A stretch of DNA of 28,721 nt from a virus (IMGVR_UViG_3300016654_000294:1-28721); one strand, 5' to 3'. Positions 1-9,262 are shown, counted from the first letter of the stretch. Notes: generated by a model not told the origin, from the letters alone. Program-made: numbers and translations.

Positions 1-690
1 TTACTGATCTGAACGTAGGCACCATTCGTTGAGACTGATACCCAAAGTCAGCATTTCGTTATGTATCTCGACGGTGCCCACAAGTACCTCCTGCACCCAG
101 TAGCTCTTGAACGTTTTTCCTCGATATTCGAAGGCTGCTACTTCAGCTCCCCCTCCCTGATATTCGCCAGTAGCATCTTGGGGCCTCTGGGACGGTTGAT
201 GGGAGACGAGTTGGCGATGTTTGATCGTGTTGCTGAAACCCGAAAGATAGCGAAACCAAGGGAGTTTGGTGACGCGCGTTATCTCATTTTTAAGAGGGCT
301 TTGAGGTAGTCCATCCCTCACCTTGCTGATGTTGCAGTGTTCTATGCAGAAGGGCTGAGGCAGGGCTAAGGCATTCACAATCTGAGCAAAGATGTCGAAT
401 GCGTTGCGAGTGATATTGATTGCAGCAATTAGGTTCGCTTCGCTGGCAAGTTTTGCATTTTCGAACTCATCATCGGCTCCCATCATCATTGCCCCGGTGA
501 ACATTTTTATCCCATCAGGGTCGTGCTCAGCTTGATAAGAGGCGAATGCGTCGCGAGCAAGACACTTGTGATACTGGTAGATAAGCAGGGAGTGGCTCAC
601 AGAGTCCACTGTGCTCAACAGCCAGGCCTTGTTGGGTTCGTTGATGCGTATGTGTTCTTTCAGTGCTGCTAAATCCCATTTCCTTGGCAT
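1..690 (-). CDS. Putative HEPN-like protein (Cthe_2314-type), 229 aa
   Basis: ATG at 690 preceded by an AAGGA RBS; helical protein containing YLSGFSNTIKHR (N-x-x-K-H HEPN-like motif). Confidence 0.5.
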   Translation of the reverse strand: MPRKWDLAALKEHIRINEPNKAWLLSTVDSVSHSLLIYQYHKCLARDAFASYQAEHDPDGIKMFTGAMMMGADDEFENAKLASEANLIAAINITRNAFDIFAQIVNALALPQPFCIEHCNISKVRDGLPQSPLKNEITRVTKLPWFRYLSGFSNTIKHRQLVSHQPSQRPQDATGEYQGGGAEVAAFEYRGKTFKSYWVQEVLVGTVEIHNEMLTLGISLNEWCLRSDQ

Positions 691-1047
691 GGTCGTTCCT
701 TTGGTGTTCGTACTGCCAGTTTTTGGACGCCGATCAGAGTAGTCTTCTGAAAGTCGACGGGCATAATGGCATTTTGCGATCTTGCCAGATACCCTAAGCT
801 GATGACAAAGGGGCGGTAAGCATGAAGGCATTTCGCGTAGCGATTTCGCTGTTTTTTTTGTTTGCATGCCTGTTGCTACTGCGCCTGGACCTCTGGGTAT
901 AGCTGATTGCCATGCCGTTCGCATAAAGGCTTAAAGGGCGTTGCTGTGGCTGATAGGGGCTAAAGCAGCGACTTGGTATTGGGAATGACAAATTTTCCAC
1001 CAGCGGTGAATACCGGATAGTTTGTTTGCTATGAGGAGATCTGCCAA

Positions 1048-1581
1048 ATGTCCATCGACGAAGTTGATTTTCGATCTACGCCGCTGCTAACTCTTTGCAC
1101 ATCCGCGACTAATGCGGTCTCTGAGCTACTCAGTTTTCGTGAGTTTGGGCTTTTTGATAATGCTACTGCATTAGAATATTCTGAGTACTTCAATGGGGCT
1201 GTATTAGTTGCATGTCAGGCGTATGCGGCTGGAGTGGTCGCAGATGTTAATAGAATTAGAAGTTTACTTGGTGAGCCCCGACTAAATAAATTTGAGTTGT
1301 ATAGGTAGGGCTCTTTAGTTGTTAATGGGTTCACGCAAGTCGAGTTTATCAATGCGCTAGCGAATTTTTTCAAGCATAGGGATGAGTGGGAGTTAAAGCC
1401 GGACTCTAGAACTATGAAGGTTTTGAATGCTTTTGATGTTTTTGAGACAATGAATTTTCCTCTACATTCAGGGATTCAAAAAATTCTCGGAGAATCAACT
1501 GATCTACGCGGAGTTTTTCGAGTTTTGGAAGATTGAAGGTTTATTCAATTTGAGGGTTTGCGTGGGTTGGGTAATGTTTAG
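1048..1581 (+). pseudogene. Pseudogene of a HEPN-like hypothetical protein with two in-frame stops
   Basis: GAGGAG RBS; the frame continues past TAG 1306-1308 (...INALANFFKHRDEW...) and TGA 1534-1536 (LED*RF) to TAG 1579-1581. Confidence 0.65.
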
Positions 1582-1678
1582 CTTATCTTGCTGGTGATGG
1601 CGCTTTAAGATTGAGGTAGGTGTTTTTTAATTTTTATGTAATTTATTTTATTTGTTGAATCTATATGGTGTGAGTTAG

Positions 1679-2350
1679 ATGATTTCAAGTAATAAGTTTT
1701 TGTATAGGATTATGAGGTTTGACCATGCTGTGCAGGTTCTGAAAGGATCGCTCTACTTCTCGCATCCATCTCAATGGGAAGATCCTTATGAAACACATGT
1801 AAAACATAACTATGATCATGCGATTTTTGCTCAGTGCTGGACGACGGCCAGCATGTCGGATGCGATGTGGAGAATATATTCGCCTAATTTTCTTGGCGTT
1901 CGACTTCGTACGAAAGCTGGTAAGCTTGCGAAGGCTATGCAAAGCTATACCGCAAAGAATGAAGGCTTTAAAAGGCGACTGAAAGAGGTTGAATACCTAG
2001 ATCAGGCGAGTTATAAAAAGGAAACTACGCAAATTGAGCTCCTCATAGCTGATGATGACTATAGCAGTCCTTCATTGGGGGCTGATCTACTATGTATCAA
2101 AAGATCTGCGTTTGAGCATGAGAATGAAGTTAGGGCGATTTTGTTTGACTCCAATGCTGAGCGAAAAGAAGGTGGTGTTCTAAAGGGTATTTCTGTTGAG
2201 TTCTCTGGTGTCGATTTAATTGACTCTGTACTTCTTGATCCTAGAGCTCCAGACGAGCTTTGTAATGCTATGCGCCATTATATTAAGGATGTGTTAGGGT
2301 TTTCAGGGGCTGTAGAGAAGTCAAAGCTTTATACTGTCAAAGCTCGTTAG
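1679..2350 (+). CDS. DUF2971 family protein
   Basis: Motifs WEDPYE, CWT...SDAMWRIYS...GVRL and KRSAFEHENEVR; AT-rich. Confidence 0.8.
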   Translation: MISSNKFLYRIMRFDHAVQVLKGSLYFSHPSQWEDPYETHVKHNYDHAIFAQCWTTASMSDAMWRIYSPNFLGVRLRTKAGKLAKAMQSYTAKNEGFKRRLKEVEYLDQASYKKETTQIELLIADDDYSSPSLGADLLCIKRSAFEHENEVRAILFDSNAERKEGGVLKGISVEFSGVDLIDSVLLDPRAPDELCNAMRHYIKDVLGFSGAVEKSKLYTVKAR

Positions 2351-2544
2351 TTAAAACGGGGGGTTGTTGAGTGGTATTTTGCTAAATGCATAAATCTTTG
2401 TGCGAGGGTACGCTATCAATTTCATCGCTTGGTTGTGGTTCGCAAATATGTTTTTGAAGAGGTGATGGTTAAGTTTAGGTGCTTTCAGTTGGTACACCTA
2501 CGGTGTCATACATATTTAATTGGTTTGCGAGTTTTTAAGACTAG

Positions 2545-3759
2545 TCAATGCCTAAAGCCGAGCATTTTTGAAACGAGGCCCGCCATGCTCTTGGTATCTT
2601 TTGGAATCCACCTGCCGTAGTGCCTTCTCACCATGGTGGTATCCGCATGACCCAGCTGTCGAGCTACCCATTCGACCGGCACATAGCTCGACAGCATCTG
2701 ACTGGCAAACGTATGCCGGCATTGATTAGCACCGCGATGCCTGACCTCCGCTTTCTTCAAATGAGCGGTAAACCATTTACTCAAAATTTTCCCGTTCCAA
2801 AGCAACCCGCTGGCAGAGCTTCGGAAAAGAAACCTGACCCTTGCAGGCTTTGTTGTGATGTTGTCCCGCTGTGTGACGCTTATATCGGTGTACGGCGCAT
2901 CGCTGGCAGCTGTCAGGATCTCCCGCATCAATTCCAGAGCGGGATCAATCAGCTCCACCACCCGCACCCTGGAGCGCTCCTTGGGCACCTTGAACTTCCC
3001 AACCACCAACGCACGACGAACGTGAACAGTGCCAGCCTTCAGATCCACATCTTCAACGGCAAGCGCAATCAACTCGGAGAGTGAAAGTCCAGTCCAGCAG
3101 TTGAAAACAATCATCCTGGCATCGGCCATTCTCTCTGTGTCTGCTGCACCAATACGCTCGATTTCTTCCCGACTGAAAGGGTCGGCATGTTCGTCATCGG
3201 AGTCTGTGCTGACGTTGCTGATTCTCTCCAGCGGGTTGGTTTTCAGAATCCCATCACCAAACGCATCAGCCCAAACCCCGCGCACCACGGTAAAAATGTC
3301 GTTCACCGTTTTCGGTGCCAGCTTTTGCTTCAATAGCTGAGCCTGGAACAGCTCAATGTCGCTCTTGCTGACGTCGACGATCCGAGACTTTCCAAACTTG
3401 TTCTCGACGTGCACAGCCTTGCTCTCGTAGTTGATCACCGTGCTGGCAGCCTTTAGCGCGCGCTGCACCTCCAGCCAACGGTCTATGCCTTCTTTCACGG
3501 TTCGTTTGGCTGAATGCCCGGCGCTCCCCGAGAGCGTCTTTGCCCTCGGGGAGTTGGGGAAGTGTGCGGCGTAGTCAAAGCGGTTCTCCTTGATCTCTGC
3601 AAGGATCGCCCGCCGCTTGTTGTCCGCGTAGGCGATAGAGGCCTTGTTGACCGTTACAACGCCTTCCAGGGGCTCTCGGCAGCGTTGGCCGTGGAGCATG
3701 AAGCAGATGCGGAGCTGCTTGCCGTTCAGCTCCACACCCGTTGGCATTTTCCTGCTCAT
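2545..3759 (-). CDS. int: Tyrosine integrase with N-terminal arm-binding (DUF3596-like) domain
   Basis: Motifs TGLSLSEL, PK, NQCRHTFAS, QLGH, HY; N-terminal FDYAAHFPNS. ATG at 3759 overlaps the xis stop (ATGA). Confidence 0.93.
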   Translation of the reverse strand: MSRKMPTGVELNGKQLRICFMLHGQRCREPLEGVVTVNKASIAYADNKRRAILAEIKENRFDYAAHFPNSPRAKTLSGSAGHSAKRTVKEGIDRWLEVQRALKAASTVINYESKAVHVENKFGKSRIVDVSKSDIELFQAQLLKQKLAPKTVNDIFTVVRGVWADAFGDGILKTNPLERISNVSTDSDDEHADPFSREEIERIGAADTERMADARMIVFNCWTGLSLSELIALAVEDVDLKAGTVHVRRALVVGKFKVPKERSRVRVVELIDPALELMREILTAASDAPYTDISVTQRDNITTKPARVRFLFRSSASGLLWNGKILSKWFTAHLKKAEVRHRGANQCRHTFASQMLSSYVPVEWVARQLGHADTTMVRRHYGRWIPKDTKSMAGLVSKMLGFRH

Positions 3760-3971
3760 GGCTGGCCTGCCATCCACTTTTCGATTTCGTCACGGTTGTA
3801 GACGATTACGTGGGCAGGGTCCCATCGCCAATGTTTGCCTTCCAGCCAAATACCCCTAGAGCGGTATTTGCGGACCGCTTCGGTGCTCAGGCCAAAAACG
3901 GGGAAAAGCAGGTCTTGGCGAAACCAGGTTCCCGGTGTGACGCTGATCTCCAATTTCTCGGCGGTGTTCAT
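3756..3971 (-). CDS. xis: Excisionase (DUF1233-like)
   Basis: 71 aa, WLEGKHW...VYNRDEIEKW; translationally coupled to int. Confidence 0.8.
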   Translation of the reverse strand: MNTAEKLEISVTPGTWFRQDLLFPVFGLSTEAVRKYRSRGIWLEGKHWRWDPAHVIVYNRDEIEKWMAGQP

Positions 3972-4282
3972 GCTGTCGCCTCCTTAGCCTCCGGGCCATG
4001 GCCCGCAGTGCGGCTGGCGTAGCTCGCGTCGCTCAACTCTTCGTAGAGGCCTTCTGTTTCGTCGATGCTGATCCAGCGTGCCATAAGGCCCATCTCAATC
4101 TGCCCGTAGACGATCCAGTAATTGACCTGACGCATTTTCTTGTCGCCCAGGCGCACTTCGTTGATACGCCAGCGCAGATGGCTCAGGAAGCGCTCGTGGA
4201 TTTGCTCGGGCGGCAGCAGTTGCACGAAATCATTCTGTGCGCTGGTGGGGACAGCTTCGGATTTAATCTGTGAGTGAGACAT
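3968..4282 (-). CDS. Hypothetical phage protein, 104 aa
   Basis: GGAGAG RBS; ATGA overlap with xis. Confidence 0.7.
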   Translation of the reverse strand: MSHSQIKSEAVPTSAQNDFVQLLPPEQIHERFLSHLRWRINEVRLGDKKMRQVNYWIVYGQIEMGLMARWISIDETEGLYEELSDASYASRTAGHGPEAKEATA

Positions 4283-4292
4283 TTCGCTCTCC

Positions 4293-4556
4293 TCATGTAG
4301 TCAGGGTTGGCGATGGGCGATCTACGGGCGTGCCCATGGCATCCAAATAGTCAGCGAGGTCATGCAGATAGATCACCGGTGCAGACCTGATCGAGCCATG
4401 CAACCGCGTGTATCTGATCGGGATATGACCCGCGTTGATTTCGTGGAGCATGTATCTGTCTGTCTTGATGTGCGGAAAGTACCGCTGACGCACAGCCGAC
4501 AGCGTGGGGCAGGGTGTGCTCCATTCCCGGCGGAGTTGGTCGAGGGTTGAGTTCAT
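4293..4556 (-). CDS. PrtN (pyocin activator) family protein
   Basis: TLDQLRREW..PCPTL..VRQRYFPH...VIYLHDLADYLD; GGAGG RBS before ATG 4556. Confidence 0.8.
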   Translation of the reverse strand: MNSTLDQLRREWSTPCPTLSAVRQRYFPHIKTDRYMLHEINAGHIPIRYTRLHGSIRSAPVIYLHDLADYLDAMGTPVDRPSPTLTT

Positions 4557-4603
4557 GTGGTTACCTCCCGTCATCGCGTTCCTGAGCGTTGACGTGCGAT
4601 GGT

Positions 4604-4798
4604 TCAGGCGGCGTCGCCAACCCATGGATTGGTGTCATCGTGATAGGCGATGGGCTCGGGTGGTTTTGGTGCACTTGAGCGCTGACCGATGATGATCAGC
4701 AATTGGCCTATACGCTTTTGAAGGGCCTCAATCTCGGCTCGTTGCGAGACGGCGGGATGGAGGTATACCGGCTGTGCATTTAGTTTTCTGACTTTCAT
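4604..4798 (-). CDS. Small hypothetical early protein
   Basis: GAGGTG RBS; first gene of the leftward operon. Confidence 0.6.
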   Translation of the reverse strand: MKVRKLNAQPVYLHPAVSQRAEIEALQKRIGQLLIIIGQRSSAPKPPEPIAYHDDTNPWVGDAA

Positions 4799-4835
4799 GG
4801 TCGCTACACCTCACGCAGCGAAGTGATGACGGTTA

Positions 4836-4856
4836 AAAATTAGGATCACTAATTTT
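4836..4856. promoter_or_regulatory. Putative repressor operator (OL)
   Basis: Perfect inverted repeat AAAATTAG-N5-CTAATTTT upstream of the leftward operon. Confidence 0.6.
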
Positions 4857-4942
4857 GTGTGTCAACTGCACTTTCTGGCCGGGGTGTATAAGTAGTGATG
4901 GAGTGATGCTGATATAGCTGACAGGGAATTCTGAGGGAAGCT

Positions 4943-5740
4943 TTAAATCAACGCTGCATACCAAAACACTTTGCCGAGAATTTGGATATTTTTCGAAACA
5001 AAATCACCGTCTCGATTTTCCTCAGGATACTCATCGCTGTTGTAACTGCGCAGTCGCAATCCGCTTTCTGGCAGTTTGTAGAGCAGGCGTAGTCGGAGTT
5101 GGCCTTTGTAATCGAGGAGGTACATCTTCCCGTCCTGAATCTGCGTTACCGAGGTATCAATGGCAACGCGGCTACCCTCGGGTAGCACGGGGTCCATGCT
5201 GCTTCCTTCGACTAAAACACCTGCAACCACTTCAGGCTTGATGTTCTTGAGATACAAGTCCCTACGACTGCACGGCATTGTCCTTCCGCCACCTAATCTC
5301 ACCTTCGTGCCCTTGCCGTCGGGGCGTTCAACCTCGTGATAGAGGTCGACTTCAATGTCGCCAGGAGCCATTGGAATCTTGTTGTTCAAGTCGGAAGGTG
5401 GGGGTGAGCTCACGTTGGTTTCACCCAGGGCACGAAGGAAAGAGGTGCCGATGGTAGTCGGCTGGGAGCCAACGTTGAAACCTTCAATTGGGAAGTCGGA
5501 GAAGAGGCGGGTGCTAACGTCGGTGGGCTGAAACTCCAACAGGGTGGCGAATTTCAGCAGCGCAGGCATGTTTAAAGGAATCTTCCCTGTCATGTACTGG
5601 CTGACGATGCTTTGCCCTTTCCAGCGACATTCTTCCCCAAGTTTTTTCTGAGTCAGAGCTGGATAGAGATCCTTGCGATCCTTGTAAATCGCCAGCAAGC
5701 GTGCAGCTTCTTCAAGGATATGCGGTGGCTGATCTGACAT
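4943..5740 (-). CDS. cI: CI/PrtR-like repressor (HTH plus S24 domain), probably non-cleavable
   Basis: N-terminal HTH (TQKKLG...QSIVSQYMTG); S24 domain VEGSSMDP...LRSYNSDEYP...ILGKVFW; divergent from cro. Confidence 0.9.
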   Translation of the reverse strand: MSDQPPHILEEAARLLAIYKDRKDLYPALTQKKLGEECRWKGQSIVSQYMTGKIPLNMPALLKFATLLEFQPTDVSTRLFSDFPIEGFNVGSQPTTIGTSFLRALGETNVSSPPPSDLNNKIPMAPGDIEVDLYHEVERPDGKGTKVRLGGGRTMPCSRRDLYLKNIKPEVVAGVLVEGSSMDPVLPEGSRVAIDTSVTQIQDGKMYLLDYKGQLRLRLLYKLPESGLRLRSYNSDEYPEENRDGDFVSKNIQILGKVFWYAALI

Positions 5741-5751
5741 AGGCTGAAAAT

Positions 5752-5819
5752 ATAAGGGCGGCTTATTTCAGCATACTTTTACATCATGGCGGTTGAGATG
5801 CAAAAGAAGGATTACTAAT
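5752..5819. promoter_or_regulatory. Putative operators (OR) between cI and cro
   Basis: ATAAG-N5-CTTAT (5752-5766) and AGAAG-N5-CTAAT (5805-5819), the same pattern as the 4836 site. Confidence 0.55.
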
Positions 5820-5853
5820 ATCCATAGTCCAAAACCATTCGAGGTATCAAGGA

Positions 5854-6063
5854 ATGGACGATGATATTGGTATTTCGCTGAAGGATTTTGCTCACGGTCG
5901 CACCCAGCCGGAACTCGGAAAACTGCTGGGTGTTTCGCAAAGCGCAGTGTCACAGATGCTGAGCTCGGGTCGTGATATCCGCATTCAGGTCGATGAGCAG
6001 GGCCGTTACTCGGCCTACGAGATTCGGCCTGTCGGCGGCCGTAGAAAAGCTACGGCCGCGTAG
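5854..6063 (+). CDS. cro: Cro-family regulator
   Basis: HTH TQPELGKLLGVSQSAVSQM, then GRDI...AYEIRP; AAGGA RBS. Confidence 0.88.
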   Translation: MDDDIGISLKDFAHGRTQPELGKLLGVSQSAVSQMLSSGRDIRIQVDEQGRYSAYEIRPVGGRRKATAA

Positions 6064-6072
6064 GGTTGCGCG

Positions 6073-8415
6073 ATGCAACGGCCAACATCCTCTGACTGGG
6101 CAAAGCGCTACGTTGAACTGTTCAACCTGGCGCTCGTCCCCATTGAACCCCGTCAGAAAGCGCCCAAGGGCAATGCCTGGAATCAGCCGGGTGGCTATCT
6201 CACCGACGCCGAGCAGGCTGCGGCCTTCTGGCGTGACCATCCAAAACACAACATGGGCGTGGTTCTGGGGCCGAGCTGTCTGTGTTCGTTGGACGTGGAT
6301 GATGTGCAGTGGACGCGGCAAGTTTTGTTCGATCAGTTGGGCCTTGATCTGGATGAGATGGCGAACGCCTTCCCGTGCGTAATTGGTAACCCTGCACGTA
6401 TGAGGATTCTGTTTCGTGTGCCGGACGAAGTGGAACTCAGCCGACACGCGTTAGCGTGGCCACGTGAAAGTGATCCTGATAGTTCGAAATTCAAAAGCGC
6501 CATCGCGATGGCGAAAGAGGCCAAGGCCTCTGGTGATCAAGCTGCTGAAGCAGCAGCGAGAACGCTGGCGGACAAGTACAAGGCATTCACGGTTTTCGAG
6601 CTCCGAGCCGGGCTTGTTCAGGACGTGCTGCCGCCCTCCATTCATCCCGGAACAGGCAAGCCTTACACCTGGAAGAACCCACCGTCGGCAGAAGGTTTTC
6701 CGGTGTTGCTGCCCGAGCTACTCAAAGCCTGGCAGAACTGGGAGCTGTTCAAGCGTGATGCTGACGCAAGTTGCCCGTGGAAGCCGACACCTAAACCGCC
6801 TGTGCGCAAACCGAAGCAAACTGAGCCAGGAAAGCACCCGTCGGTGATCGATGAGTTCAACCGCGCCCATGACGTTGAGGCAATGCTGGCCGATCACGGC
6901 TACACCAAACATGGCCGAAAGTGGCTCTGCCCCCATAGCAGCACAGGCTTACCCGGTATTACCGTAACTGAGGGCCGCGTGTATTCACATCACGCGTCAG
7001 ACTCACTCGCCAATGGTCACCAGAACGATGCCTTCGCGGTGTATTGCTTGCTGGAGCATGACGGTGATGTATCGCGGGCGGTGAAAGCAGCCGCGAAGCT
7101 GTTAGGTCTAACTCCTACAGAAAAAGCTCCAAGATCGCGCAAGCGCCCGAGCGCCGTCCCCGCCGAAAGTGATGACTGGAGAGCGCTTCTACGGCGTACC
7201 GAGGAGGGCGCCTTACGGTCCCAACTCGCCAATGCTTACTTGATCCTCAAGCACACACCCGAATGGCAGGGCGTCCTTGCCTACAACGAATTCGCCGACC
7301 GCATCGACAAACTCAAGCCTCCTCCTACGCCCGACGGTGAAAAAGGCCCGTGGCAGGATGTCGATGCCAGCAAGACGCTGGTGTGGCTGCAGATGGTGTG
7401 GAGCCTGCACCTGCGTAGCAGTGCCGTCGCCGACGAGGCCGTGCGGATGGTTGCCTGGGAGCATCGCTTTCACCCCGTACGCAATTGGCTTGAATCCCTA
7501 CCGCCTTGGGATGATCAGCCCCGCCTGGAGATGCTGTTGCCCACGGTGTTCGGCGCCGACATCAACCCCTACACCGCGCACATCGGCCAATCCATCCCTG
7601 TGTCATCGATTGCGCGAATCTTCATTCCAGGCTGCAAAGTCGACGAAATGGTGGTGCTGGAAGGCGGGCAAGGGCAGGGCAAGTCCTCTTGTATCGCTGA
7701 GCTGTTTGGTTTCGAGTGGTATCTGGAAACCAGCGAGCCACCGACCAACAAAGACTTCTACGTCACCATGCAGGGCAATTCTGTGGTCGAGATTGGCGAA
7801 ATGCAGAGCTTCTCAAAGGCCGATATCAACCAAGTGAAAATGGCGATCACCCGGCGCGATGACAAATACCGTGCACCTTATGATCGCCATGCGCGCAGCC
7901 ATCCACGGCAGTGCATTTTCATGGGCACCACCAATGCCGACGCCTACCTCAGCGACCCAACCGGGGCGCGACGATTCCTACCGGTGTTGTGCCGCAAGGC
8001 TGATGTCGCCTATATCCGGCAATGGCGGGATCAGCTTTGGGCTGAGGCGTTGCACCTGTACTGCACCGGCTTTCAATGGTGGGACTACCCGCAAGATCTG
8101 GCCCGCGAAGAGCAGGATTCCCGCTATGTGGAAGATCCGTGGGAGGAGCCAATTATCAAATACTTGGAAGGGCATGCGCCGCAGCTTCATTACCCTGACG
8201 GATTGTTTGGGCCGATCAATGAAGTGACGGTCATGGGGCTGCTCAAACACGCCCTGCAAATGGACCTAGCGAGGATGAACAAACCGGAGCAGAGGCGCGT
8301 AGCAGACATCCTGCGACGGTTGGGTTGGGTGAAGGAAAAGCAAAAACGCGTCGCCGGAACCCTGGAGCGGATTCGCCCCTATGTCCGGCCAATGGCGGAG
8401 GATCGAGCTGCGTAG
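6073..8415 (+). CDS. Bifunctional primase-polymerase fused to a VirE/VapE-type P-loop helicase
   Basis: Prim-Pol motifs (NMGV, SLDVD, VLPPSIHP); Walker A GGQGQGKS; FMGTTN...DPTGARRF. Confidence 0.9.
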   Translation: MQRPTSSDWAKRYVELFNLALVPIEPRQKAPKGNAWNQPGGYLTDAEQAAAFWRDHPKHNMGVVLGPSCLCSLDVDDVQWTRQVLFDQLGLDLDEMANAFPCVIGNPARMRILFRVPDEVELSRHALAWPRESDPDSSKFKSAIAMAKEAKASGDQAAEAAARTLADKYKAFTVFELRAGLVQDVLPPSIHPGTGKPYTWKNPPSAEGFPVLLPELLKAWQNWELFKRDADASCPWKPTPKPPVRKPKQTEPGKHPSVIDEFNRAHDVEAMLADHGYTKHGRKWLCPHSSTGLPGITVTEGRVYSHHASDSLANGHQNDAFAVYCLLEHDGDVSRAVKAAAKLLGLTPTEKAPRSRKRPSAVPAESDDWRALLRRTEEGALRSQLANAYLILKHTPEWQGVLAYNEFADRIDKLKPPPTPDGEKGPWQDVDASKTLVWLQMVWSLHLRSSAVADEAVRMVAWEHRFHPVRNWLESLPPWDDQPRLEMLLPTVFGADINPYTAHIGQSIPVSSIARIFIPGCKVDEMVVLEGGQGQGKSSCIAELFGFEWYLETSEPPTNKDFYVTMQGNSVVEIGEMQSFSKADINQVKMAITRRDDKYRAPYDRHARSHPRQCIFMGTTNADAYLSDPTGARRFLPVLCRKADVAYIRQWRDQLWAEALHLYCTGFQWWDYPQDLAREEQDSRYVEDPWEEPIIKYLEGHAPQLHYPDGLFGPINEVTVMGLLKHALQMDLARMNKPEQRRVADILRRLGWVKEKQKRVAGTLERIRPYVRPMAEDRAA

Positions 8416-8416
8416 A

Positions 8417-8648
8417 TGTCACTGGCGTCACCGGCTGTGTCACCAGCTGATGCTCCGAAAAAGCGTTGGAGATCAACGGTGTCACCAATGTCACCAGTGT
8501 CACTGCTGCTCGCGCACGCGTACACCGAACTCCCGTCATCGGCTGTGTACCGTGTAAATCCTTTTTAACTGGTGACAGTTGTGACACTGGTGACAGTTTT
8601 GAATTTAAAGGCGTTTTTACGTCACCAGTGCGTCACCAATGTCACCAG
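8417..8648. repeat. Iteron cluster, probable replication origin
   Basis: 12 GTCAC-core repeats in four triads: forward 8418/8427/8439 and 8481/8490/8499, reverse 8572/8581/8590, forward 8621/8632/8641. Confidence 0.8.
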
Positions 8649-8670
8649 ATCAATAAGCGAGGTTTAAACG

Positions 8671-9081
8671 ATGATTCCTGAAATCGAAACCCTGATGCGC
8701 CATTGGGGAGAACAGACGCGACGCTGCAATGCGGAACGCAGTCTTGGTAGCCCGCTGGGCACGCTGATGCGCTTTGGTGGGCTGATGCCTCGTGGCACGC
8801 CGGGCGCGCGCGATTTGCTCGTTGGAGCTGGTCCCGATCACATAGCGAGGGAAGTCGAAGCGGCATTGGCCTGGTTGCAGCATCAAGGCGAGCAGGGCCA
8901 GCGGTTAGCCAAGTTGGCGAGCCTGCGTTACTTGCCGGAGCGGGAGCTGTCTGTTGCTGAACAGATGCGTTTGCTGGGGCTGGAGGTTTCCGCAGATAGA
9001 ACTTATAGAAATTGGGTGCAGCGGTTGCACCAGCGTGTCATGGCCGAGCTTTCACGGCGTGCGGGATGTCGTGTTGCCTGA
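8671..9081 (+). CDS. Putative late-gene regulator (position of Q or a late activator)
   Basis: GAGG RBS; C-terminal HTH-like segment (SVAEQMRLLG...RTYRNWVQRLH); lies between the origin and the late genes. Confidence 0.55.
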   Translation: MIPEIETLMRHWGEQTRRCNAERSLGSPLGTLMRFGGLMPRGTPGARDLLVGAGPDHIAREVEAALAWLQHQGEQGQRLAKLASLRYLPERELSVAEQMRLLGLEVSADRTYRNWVQRLHQRVMAELSRRAGCRVA

Positions 9082-9208
9082 CCGTTTGTCAGGGCAGGGT
9101 GCGTTAACTGTGCGCTGGCTATGCGTAATCTTAACTTTTGGATGGTTAACTCAAATATTCCCCTTGAGGATTTTCCGATTTGGGGTAAGAAGTATTTAAG
9201 CTAATAGC

Positions 9209-9262
9209 CCTGCGTCACTAGATTTAAATTTTTTAAACTAATTTGTAAGCGACGCAGGTTTT
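9209..9262 (+). terminator. Stem-loop downstream of a putative late promoter
   Basis: CCTGCGTC (9209-9216) pairs with GACGCAGG (9251-9258), followed by TTTT; TTGAGG...TAAGAA promoter-like sequence just upstream. Confidence 0.4.

Noticed and set aside
691-924. N-terminal extension of ORF 1..924, and similar long starts for int, kinase, MTase, holin and adaptor
   Set aside because: Downstream ATGs have better RBSs, stop-start overlaps or family-typical N-termini.
1306-1536. Programmed readthrough or recoding
   Set aside because: There are two different stop codons and neighbouring genes use the standard code; decay is the simpler explanation.
8417-8648. CRISPR array, or the coding ORFs 8466..8681 and 8243..8587
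   Set aside because: The repeats are 5-9 bp, occur in both orientations and have no spacers; the ORFs are low-complexity translations of the iterons.
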